Shown here piece after piece: positions 17,652 to 26,400 of a stretch of DNA of 64,000 nt. The stretch is from positions 1-64,000 of IMG/VR virus record IMGVR_UViG_3300028165_000034. One strand, written 5' to 3'. The notes beneath the pieces are model-generated. The model was not told the DNA's origin, did no database searches, and worked only from the letters and a program-made list of their open reading frames with translations. Position numbers and translations under genes: made by a program. This stretch comes from an uncultured virus (IMG/VR IMGVR_UViG_3300028165_000034) (taxonomy: Duplodnaviria > Heunggongvirae > Uroviricota > Caudoviricetes). Every line of letters begins with the position of its first letter. Within the stretch, counting starts at the first letter, position 1.

Positions 17652-18581
17652 ATGTACCAACATTTCCCTGACCCGCTGTCGTTTCGACTGTCAGCATGGC
17701 CGTGGGGTGGTTCGTCCTACATAGGGACGTTCAACTACCGCGCCCACAACATCCTGTTCAAGCCCATCCTCGACTACCTGAAACAGGAGTTGGAGAATAG
17801 CCCAACGGTGAAGGTTCGTGATACCACGTTCACTCTGGTCAACGTGTTCAGCGGGTTCACGGATATGAGCTACGGTCCGATGCTCAAGCCACATGCGCGC
17901 GTGCGCAGAGGACCCGTGTCATTCACCTTCGCCATGACGCGCCGTCAACGTGAGTTCGCGCTGCCCCGCCAGATCATCTGGAACACAGGTATGACTGCTC
18001 TCTGGGGTCCGAACCTGCAAGAAGGTCACGACTACCTGACGATCAACTTGCCGATTGATTTGTGCGTGCAGTGCAGGCTGAACAACACCCTGCGCCGTCA
18101 GCTGGAATGGTTGTACAAGATTTGTGGCGGCTTCACCAAAGCGATTGCGCTGGATCGAAACAGTTTCAGCCTGCGTAGCGACGACGTGAAGTTGATCCAC
18201 GACAACCTGTACTTCAAGACCATCCCGCAGATGATGTGGCGTTACCCATGGGAAGACTGGAAGTATGCGCGTGAGTTCTGGGATAGGGCTCCTGATGTTC
18301 TGGAGCTGGACACCAGTGATGAATTCGTGCGCTACTTCCTGACGTATCAGACGAAGTTCTTCAAGAAGATCGACGATCCCAACGTCAAGCCCTTCTTTGA
18401 AGAAGTCCAGCACATCGTGCGTTCTGGTGTACTGGACATGGTGCAGAAACAACCCACTTCGGTGAGTAGTCTCGTTGCGCCTTTCGTTTCATCCATGGAT
18501 CGCCACGACATTGACGCTGGTGTAGCCGTTAACGTTGAGCGCATCGTTCTCGACATTTGCACAGGTAAAGGCAATGGCTAA
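17652..18581 (+). CDS. hypothetical protein
   Basis: 309-aa ORF in operon. Confidence 0.7.
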   Translation: MYQHFPDPLSFRLSAWPWGGSSYIGTFNYRAHNILFKPILDYLKQELENSPTVKVRDTTFTLVNVFSGFTDMSYGPMLKPHARVRRGPVSFTFAMTRRQREFALPRQIIWNTGMTALWGPNLQEGHDYLTINLPIDLCVQCRLNNTLRRQLEWLYKICGGFTKAIALDRNSFSLRSDDVKLIHDNLYFKTIPQMMWRYPWEDWKYAREFWDRAPDVLELDTSDEFVRYFLTYQTKFFKKIDDPNVKPFFEEVQHIVRSGVLDMVQKQPTSVSSLVAPFVSSMDRHDIDAGVAVNVERIVLDICTGKGNG

Positions 18582-19791
18582 CATCCATAAGTGCATGGAG
18601 GGCGTCACGCTGCCGATTATCGAGGTTATCCTCGACGAGTTTGAGCAGCCAGTCCATCCAGCAAACGATACGGCGGGCCCTCTGGTACGCTTGTACGACA
18701 CGGACAAGTCGATCATCGCAGAGGTTATTGCGACGGTCGATGCGCGTGAGCCTGGCGCTTGGCGTGCAGACCTTCCGATTCCGATGATGGGCCTCACTGA
18801 TGTAGTGGAGCTCAAAGCTGTCTGGATCATGAAGGGTAACGACGGTGAGTCGTACCGCATCACTCATGGCATTCAGGTCAGCCCCGATTCCGAAGAGCGC
18901 ACTGGTGATATCGTCGTGCTCTACGGTGATGGTTCCAGCTTGAACGTGGCGCTCCCGTTCGCATTCAACAAGGGTAAGAAGAAGGTCGAAGCAAACCCAC
19001 GCAAGGGTACGCCAGCACAACCTGCAGTCGCTGGTGATATGCTCACCTTCAGCCTGTACCGCAACAACCAGCCACTCATGGTCAACCTGCCTTGGGATAA
19101 CGCTGGCGTAGCGATGGAGTGCTTCTCCAATCGCACGATGGTACGCTTGCCGAACGCTGCTGGTCTGCCGAAGCTGGAGCCGTTGCTGCTGACTGTCGAA
19201 CACACGCCGCTCAAAGCGTTCACGCCGACCATGTACACCTTCAAGGTCTGGGTCATCACACCTCAGATTCTCGTGGGTTGCGCATCGTTGGAGCAGTACA
19301 TCAACAAGGCGCGCCTGAGCAACGTGATCCCTGAGCTGGACTACACGCAGAGCGACCTGCTGGAGTATCTCGCCCGTGGCCTGAACCTGTTTAACTCGTT
19401 CCCGCCACAATTGACGTCCTTCACAGGCACGAACATGCAGGGCCTGATCTTCGACGGTTGGTTGCAGTGCAGCGCCTACTACGCGCTTGGCGCACAGCTT
19501 CAAGCAGAAGGTGCAATGGCGTTCGACTTCTCGGGTCAGACCGTGAGCTTGAACGTGGACCGTACGCCTGCGATTGAGTCTGCTCTGGGTCGTATCGAAT
19601 CTGCCCTCGACAACCATGTGAAGCCTGCCAAGAAGCTGCTCGCCCGCGCTGGCGTCAACTCTGGTGATGGTTCGCAAGGTGGACAGTTCATCGACGGCAG
19701 CCGCCAACTGGGTCGCCTGTCTGTTATCAACGCACCTACCACGAAGTTCGGCTATGGTCGCAACACGTCGTGGCTGCGCAATGTCACGTAA
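18574..19791 (+). CDS. putative virion structural protein (neck/adaptor-like by context)
   Basis: About 405-aa ORF; function inferred from context only. Confidence 0.5.
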   Translation: MANIHKCMEGVTLPIIEVILDEFEQPVHPANDTAGPLVRLYDTDKSIIAEVIATVDAREPGAWRADLPIPMMGLTDVVELKAVWIMKGNDGESYRITHGIQVSPDSEERTGDIVVLYGDGSSLNVALPFAFNKGKKKVEANPRKGTPAQPAVAGDMLTFSLYRNNQPLMVNLPWDNAGVAMECFSNRTMVRLPNAAGLPKLEPLLLTVEHTPLKAFTPTMYTFKVWVITPQILVGCASLEQYINKARLSNVIPELDYTQSDLLEYLARGLNLFNSFPPQLTSFTGTNMQGLIFDGWLQCSAYYALGAQLQAEGAMAFDFSGQTVSLNVDRTPAIESALGRIESALDNHVKPAKKLLARAGVNSGDGSQGGQFIDGSRQLGRLSVINAPTTKFGYGRNTSWLRNVT

Positions 19792-19810
19792 TTTCAAGGA
19801 GAGACAGCCA

Positions 19811-20260
19811 ATGTCGCAACTCACTCCCAACTTCAAGCTCGCTGAGTTCGAGCGTTCGGATACCGCTACTCAACATGGGCTCGACAACACCGTGCCCAAG
19901 GCGCTGCTGCCGAACATCCAACGCCTCGCAGAGTTCCTGCAGAAGCTGCGCGATTCCATGCAGTTGAAGCGCATTGATATCACCTCGGGTTACCGCGGTG
20001 ATGCACTGAATCGTATGGTTGGCGGTGTCAGTACCTCCAGCCACTCGAAAGCTCTGGCCGCTGATATCCGCGTGCCGGGCATGACCGTTGAGCAGTTGTA
20101 CGTGGCTATCCGCGACTCTGATCTGGAATTCGATCAGGTCATTCAAGAGTTCGGTAGCTGGGTACACGTTGGCCTCGCTGATGCTGGCGTGAAGCCACGT
20201 CGGCAGAAGCTGCGTGCAACGAAAAACTCGGCCAATAAAACGGTCTACACCCTCGACTAA
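19811..20260 (+). CDS. peptidase M15 (Zn D-Ala-D-Ala type), candidate endolysin
   Basis: NFKLAEF, ITSGYR, SSHSKALAADI, WVHVG. Confidence 0.88.
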   Translation: MSQLTPNFKLAEFERSDTATQHGLDNTVPKALLPNIQRLAEFLQKLRDSMQLKRIDITSGYRGDALNRMVGGVSTSSHSKALAADIRVPGMTVEQLYVAIRDSDLEFDQVIQEFGSWVHVGLADAGVKPRRQKLRATKNSANKTVYTLD

Positions 20261-20272
20261 CGGAGACAGCCA

Positions 20273-21136
20273 ATGTCCACCATGTCCGCACATAAACACG
20301 CCCGCAACAATGTCACCGCAGCAATTCGCACTGTCCGCAAAGGCGGCCCTGAACTCAACCTGCGTCGCGCTACTGCCTGCGCTGGTAACAAGTTCGCTCG
20401 CATCACCGGCACCATTCTGGCTACTGCCAGTGCTACCGATATCGCAGCCGCCGTACGCAAGCTGAACGGCAAGCTGTCTCCGATCGAAGGCACCTTCGTC
20501 ACCGTAGCGTCTGACGGCACCACCAAGACCATCGAAGGTGTTGTTGGTCTGCTGCAAGAGCGCATCGTGCTCTCCGACGAAAACCGTGACCAGTTCGAGT
20601 CCATCGCATCCAACATGTACCTCGATTCCGAGGAGCGTCTCTGGAGCGCGAAGAAGACCGACGCTGGCGAAATCCTGATCAAGTCGCACGCCGGCGATGA
20701 TCTGGAAGTCATGAAGGGTCTGATGCAGTGCGTCGCCTCGTCCACCACCTGGGAACGTGAAACTTCCGTGGCGACTGCCAATCTCGGCACCGCGCGTAAC
20801 GAAGTCGAAGGCGGTGACCTGATCACCTACGTCAACCACGACGGCCGCGTCACCATGGGCTTCGCTCTGGCCTCTGTGTACGAGACCGAAGAATCGACTG
20901 CCAGCGTGCTGCTGGTTGTTGACCGTGAAAACGACATGGAGCAGATCGACCGCAATTTGGTCGTTGCCTGCGTCAAAGCTGCCGATATCGAAGCCGACGA
21001 GACTGCCGAGTTCGAGGCCGTGGCTGCTGGTAGCCTGAGCATCGAGCGCATCCGCGAATACTACCGCAAGATGTTCATTCGCCGTCCGGAATACTTCGAG
21101 AAGTTCTGGGCTCGCTTCACCAGCCACGTTCGTTAA
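20273..21136 (+). CDS. putative head/scaffold-associated structural protein
   Basis: Strongly biased codon usage, terminator downstream, repeated Ala-x-Ala/Ser motifs. Confidence 0.5.
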   Translation: MSTMSAHKHARNNVTAAIRTVRKGGPELNLRRATACAGNKFARITGTILATASATDIAAAVRKLNGKLSPIEGTFVTVASDGTTKTIEGVVGLLQERIVLSDENRDQFESIASNMYLDSEERLWSAKKTDAGEILIKSHAGDDLEVMKGLMQCVASSTTWERETSVATANLGTARNEVEGGDLITYVNHDGRVTMGFALASVYETEESTASVLLVVDRENDMEQIDRNLVVACVKAADIEADETAEFEAVAAGSLSIERIREYYRKMFIRRPEYFEKFWARFTSHVR

Positions 21137-21156
21137 TCAGTGGCTTCCTAGCGGTC

Positions 21157-21184
21157 AAGGGGAGCCTCCGGGTTCCCCTTTTTA
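21157..21184 (+). terminator. rho-independent terminator
   Basis: AAGGGGAGCC-tccg-GGTTCCCCTTTTTT. Confidence 0.8.
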
Positions 21185-21188
21185 GGTC

Positions 21189-22049
21189 ATGCGTATGCCA
21201 AAAAGATCGAAAGACTCTAAATTTGACGTCTCTGGCGACGTGGACGAACGTGGACGCTTTGTAAATCGCGACGTTCCAGACGATGCTCGACGTGGCGCCA
21301 AGACGGGTAAGAAGAAACGCACCTCGGCTGATGCCAAGAAGGAGCGCGTAGCCAAGCTCGTTGCTGATGCCGAAGAAGCTCCGAAGAAGAAACGTTCGCA
21401 CAAGAAGAAAAAGCCTGAGGATGACCTTGACCTCGCCATTGCGGAGAAGCCAAAGCGTTCTCACAAGAAGAAAAAGGCAGACGGTGAAGCTGTTCCCAAG
21501 GAGCCCAAGAAGAAACGGGTACGGGAGAAGAAAATCCGCGCTGTCGATGGCGACGCAACCATGCGCCAAGTCACCAAGATGGTGAAGCGCAAGGAGAAGC
21601 TGGACAAAGAATTCGCAATGGTTCCACTCGACAAGAACACGGATGAGTTTGACTCGCAGTACCGTGAAATGTTCGAGAACCTGCAGACCATCATCGGCCT
21701 CTTTGAGGACAAGATGCTGGACAACCCTAACGGTCGGGACGTGTACGCACTCAGCACGCTGTATTCGCAGATGCGAGAGGTGATTGCGGACATCCGTAGT
21801 GCGAAAGACGTGAGCCAGCAGATTCTGGAACTGGAGAACCGTGCATACGGCTCCTTCCTGACGCTCGTCGGCCAATCGTTCGTTCACCTGTTCTACCAGA
21901 TGCACACCAACATCAAGGCCACAGTTAAGAGCCGTGACCAGCAAGAGCAGTTGATCGCCAGCCTCAAAGGACTCTGTAAAGACGAGTCAGACAAGATTCA
22001 ATTGGGCTACCAAGCCATGCTTGAGCGTGTACGGACGGTACTCACATGA
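21189..22049 (+). CDS. hypothetical protein with basic N-terminus and helical C-terminus
   Basis: 286-aa ORF with duplicated KRSHKKKK. Confidence 0.7.
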   Translation: MRMPKRSKDSKFDVSGDVDERGRFVNRDVPDDARRGAKTGKKKRTSADAKKERVAKLVADAEEAPKKKRSHKKKKPEDDLDLAIAEKPKRSHKKKKADGEAVPKEPKKKRVREKKIRAVDGDATMRQVTKMVKRKEKLDKEFAMVPLDKNTDEFDSQYREMFENLQTIIGLFEDKMLDNPNGRDVYALSTLYSQMREVIADIRSAKDVSQQILELENRAYGSFLTLVGQSFVHLFYQMHTNIKATVKSRDQQEQLIASLKGLCKDESDKIQLGYQAMLERVRTVLT

Positions 22050-22420
22050 AGCGGCCTAAGGTCCACAAATCGAAAGCGCGTATCACCTCGGGGCCGAAGA
22101 AAGCAAGCACCGTGGCGAAGATACGTCGCACCAAGGAGCAGTCATATGGTGATCGTTGGACCTGGGCCGCTATCTGCGCAGAAGTGAAACGGCGTGCCGG
22201 ACACAAGTGCCAGAAGTGCAGTCGGCCTGAGTCCGAGTACGGGTTGCAGGTTGACCACATCATCGAGGTGTCGAAAGGCGGTCAGACTGCCTTCTACAAC
22301 TTGAGAGCCTTGTGTCCGTACTGCCATGCTGCACGTCCAAGCCACAAAGCTGCCAAGAACCTCATCCTCCATGAAGCTAAAAATCGTGAAAGACGTCGAG
22401 TTTCCAAAGGACGTAACTGA
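22046..22420 (+). CDS. HNH endonuclease
   Basis: CQKC...VDHIIEVSKGG...NLRALCPYCH. Confidence 0.9.
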   Translation: MKRPKVHKSKARITSGPKKASTVAKIRRTKEQSYGDRWTWAAICAEVKRRAGHKCQKCSRPESEYGLQVDHIIEVSKGGQTAFYNLRALCPYCHAARPSHKAAKNLILHEAKNRERRRVSKGRN

Positions 22421-23054
22421 GGATTATCGTCCTGTTTGGGACGCATTCTTGAACATGAAGGCAGTCTCCCAACTTCGAGTGTACTCTAACTCGGACAAGG
22501 CTGTTCCAGAGTGCTTCCGAATCCTCATCAACCAGGCAGGTGCACGAACACGGCTCGCGAACAAGGTCACCGACTTCGTGGACGTGCGTAAGCCATCGGG
22601 TTTGTTGCGTGGCTTCCTGCGTAAGACCAACATTCTTGACCACATGCGCGTGCGCTCCCATCAGCAGTCTATCTTGCTGTCGGAAGCTGCAAGCATCTGC
22701 GCCGCTTTTGAACCCACGTTTGTGGGTACAGTCGTTTTACGGCCGCAGCGTTTCGACCTGAAGTACCTGATTCAGCGTACCCAAGGTTTGCTGTACAAGG
22801 ACATGCCCATTCAACTGATGGCTACCATGCCCAACGGTGACAAGCGCAAGTTTCCTAAGCTCCAGACGATGAAGGATCGCGACTTCTTCATTGCCTTTGA
22901 GTCGCCGGACTTACGTGTGCTCATGGCACGCACCGAGAAAGACCTGATCATCAAGTATGAAGCGAAGTTTGGTGTCATTGTGCCTCTTTACCAACGCCTA
23001 GACGTTGCTCTAAAAGGACTTTGGCGAAAATCAATGATGGGAGTTTTCGCATGA
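22371..23054 (+). CDS. hypothetical protein
   Basis: ORF overlapping the HNH 3' end. Confidence 0.65.
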   Translation: MKLKIVKDVEFPKDVTEDYRPVWDAFLNMKAVSQLRVYSNSDKAVPECFRILINQAGARTRLANKVTDFVDVRKPSGLLRGFLRKTNILDHMRVRSHQQSILLSEAASICAAFEPTFVGTVVLRPQRFDLKYLIQRTQGLLYKDMPIQLMATMPNGDKRKFPKLQTMKDRDFFIAFESPDLRVLMARTEKDLIIKYEAKFGVIVPLYQRLDVALKGLWRKSMMGVFA

Positions 23055-23437
23055 GCGAAGCACTTGATAAAGTCCAGAAAGCTCTGACGGACTTGGCGGC
23101 CGACGCCAAGAGCGCAGACGCAATCAAGATCGTGGACACGCTGAGCAAGGCTCTGGCTACGGCGCAGCAAGACCTACTGTACGAGCGCATGCCTTCCGAG
23201 GACAATCTGCCGAGCGATGGTGAAGTCACCGCGTTCAAGAAGCAGGTGTACGACCAGCTGCACAAAGAGCGGGTTACTGACCTGTTCATCGCCTACGATA
23301 GCAAATACTTCGCGCAGTTCAAGCCGATCACTCGGCTGTCCATCGTGCAGGTGCTGATCGTGATTGCAGGCGAGCAGACGCAACCAGTGCCGCCGTACTG
23401 GCAAGCCATCCTCGACTCCCGTGGGCATAAAGCGTGA
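23051..23437 (+). CDS. hypothetical protein
   Basis: GGGAG RBS, ATGA-type coupling. Confidence 0.7.
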   Translation: MSEALDKVQKALTDLAADAKSADAIKIVDTLSKALATAQQDLLYERMPSEDNLPSDGEVTAFKKQVYDQLHKERVTDLFIAYDSKYFAQFKPITRLSIVQVLIVIAGEQTQPVPPYWQAILDSRGHKA

Positions 23438-23444
23438 GGTTATC

Positions 23445-26400
23445 ATGGGTTCCACATTTGAATTGAACCGCATTTCTGCGGCGATTGACCTCGCGAATGC
23501 CCAGCAGGCCGAAGCGAGAGAAGGTGAGTTCCGTAGTGAACTGGCCGAGATGTACAAGGTGCTGGCGTCAACCCCAGATTCCGACTTTGAAGCGAACATG
23601 GTGTCGCTTTCCAACGTCGGTTCCACGCAGCTTATCAAGTCGCTGCAACCAGTCAGCCTCGAACCGAAGCTGTACTCGGCTTTCAACGCATTCTTCTTCC
23701 GGAAGAGCCGCGCGTCGATCCTGGAGTTGTTCAAAGAACTCTCCGAGGTCACCAACAGCCTGAACGTCCTGTTCACGTTCATGCGTCGCCTGCTGGAGAA
23801 CGGCCGCACGCTGTTCGCCATGGAAAGCAACAAGCCTCAGTGGACTGCACGCATTCAGGAAATGGCGGCTGACGCTATCCGCTTCCGTGAAATCCTGCAG
23901 ACCGAAGCTGACGGCTCCAGCCCACTGACCGCGTCGATGTACTCGCTCATTGGCGCGATGATGGCTGGCAACAAGCACTCGGTGACTCCTTCGACCACGT
24001 ACGCTGGCGGTGTGGACGTCAACCTGCTGCGCTCGACGCACGACTCCATCCTGATGTGCTCGGACCTGGGCTATGGCGACTACCTGGAATCGAACCGTAC
24101 CCAGATGGGCTACGACTCGAACAAGCTCCAGTCGTACAGCACCAACACCTCGCTGGCTGTCATCAAGGCCGCGCGTGGTATCTTGGCTACCCTGTTCGGC
24201 GCCAGTGCAGAGTACGCATCGTTCGAGCCGCAGCGCGTCAACCTGCCGCTGTACTTTGACTTCACCGAACTCCAGTCCATCCTTGAGAAGGAACTGGGTG
24301 TTGATCTGGGTGTCAACTTCTTCGACAACATCACCTTCGGTAGCGATGGCAAGACCTTCGCCGAGCGCTTCTGCCGCCTGACTCTGGTGTTGCATGCGGA
24401 GAGCATGGCTGGTGAAGCACTGTCGAAAGAGTACAGCGACCTGCTGGCAACCAACCCGCCAGAAGAGTTGCTCAACTCGGAGACCCTGCTCAAGAAGCGT
24501 GTGCAGGACAACGTCACCGAAGAGGCGTCGCTGCTCAACCGTAAGGTGGGTTCGACTATCACCTTTACCTTCGACAAGCCGACTGCCGCGTTCATCACGC
24601 AAACCGAGAAGTCGGAGCAGCTCAATTACACCACCTTCGACAACTGGTTCAGCATCTGGGCTTCCCAGTACCTGCGCAAGAAGGGCACGTCTGCCAAGAA
24701 CGCCCTGACCGACGGCCGGATGAAGATTCGCAACATCCCGCGCTACGTCCTGCCAGTGTCGAAGATGGCTGCTGTCACCGACGCTCGTAAGGCCAGCGGT
24801 ATGTCCGTTGAGTCGACCCGTGCGAACGAAGACGGTCTGTACGTTGCACCTGATGGTACCCTGGCCTACCTGCCGACTGCCGCTGATCGCTCCAAGGTTA
24901 CTGGCATCCAGGAGTTCGAACGCCTGGGTAACGAAGTGGGCAAGATCGCTGCGCAGTACGGCATCAGCTCCAGCCTGTTCAGCGAACCGTACGACAAGTT
25001 GGCGCGTTACGGTATCCCGTACAACGTCTATCAGGAAGTGCAGGAGAACTGGAAGAAGCTGATCGGCTTTGAAGACAGCCTGCTGAGCTACGACTGGGAC
25101 TACGGTCTCCGTGTGTACGCTTCTGGTCGTCCTGGCATCGTGCGTTGCCGCCAGCAGATCGGTGCAGTGAAACCTGATGCGTTGACCATCGCTGACTACC
25201 TCGGCTACAACATGGCCAAGGAAGGCGAAGCGCCGATGCAGAAGTCGTTCGCCGACGCATTGGCTCTCATGACCCACGCCGATCCGCTGGGTATGGAAAA
25301 CCCTCCGAGCTTCTACTACGGCAGCTCGGGTGAACCAGGCCGTTTCATCAAGGATAGCCTGTTCCACGACATTTTCCTGACGTACTTCTTCCACGCGTAC
25401 AAGAACGAAGTGCCGGGCCTGCAGGAACTGATTACCAGAGCGTTCAACGACCTGGGCATTCAGAAGCTCGACGAGGAAACCCCACGTCGCCAAGACCGTA
25501 TCTACAAAGGTCTGCTGAGCGAGGCGGGTGAAATCAAGGGCGCTGGCCGCAATCAGGACAAGGATATCGAGCTTCTCCAAGAGCTGATTTCTCGTACCAC
25601 CGACGCGTGTAGTGGCAAGTCTGGTTCGTGGGTATACAACGACGTGCGTGAGAGTGGTGGTGCCGACATGGACTACTTCACCACGAACGAACAGATCGCG
25701 GATCACGAAGACTACTTCGTTCCAGATCGTAGCCCCGCGCATCACTTCGCTCGCCTGTTCAACTTCATCGGTGGTAACGTCCTCAAGCAGATTCTGGACG
25801 GCATCAACTCGCTGACCGTTGAGCAACTCACCTCTGGTGAGAAGTCGATGGTGACCGAAGAAAACATTGCCGAGGAAGGTCAAACTCCGAAGATGGTCAA
25901 GCGCACTGCGCTACGTCCTAACTCGGGCACCATCCTCGACAAGGTCAAGCCGATTGCTATTGTCTTCGGCAAGTACGCGCAGAACTACGAGGCCATCGAG
26001 GCAGAAGCCGAAGAAGGCATCAAGTCGATTGAGCGCGACACTAGCGTCGGTGTGGAAGACATTCACTTCGCTGGCTCGACCGAAAAGTTCTCCGTGTTCC
26101 CACACCAGCTGGACACTCACCGCTTCCTGCGTAAGAAAGAGCCGCCGAAGTTTGCTGTGCTCGACATTGCGCCTGGTGGCGGTAAGACCTCGATTGGTTT
26201 GGGCGACATGGCCTGTATCATCAAGGACCTGCAGTCCATCAACAAGAAGGTCAAGCCACTGGTGCTCTGCCCAGACGGTCTGATCCTCAACTGGTGTGAC
26301 GACATGCGCCAGTTCGCTGGTGACACGTGGAACATGATCCCGATCAACGGTGCGATCTTCAACCGTTGGGGTGCTGACCGCCTGCAGGAAATCATCGCGA

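Noticed and set aside
22046..22420. HNH as a mobile homing endonuclease or intron
   Set aside because: Short stand-alone HNH with no interrupted host gene or intron structure visible
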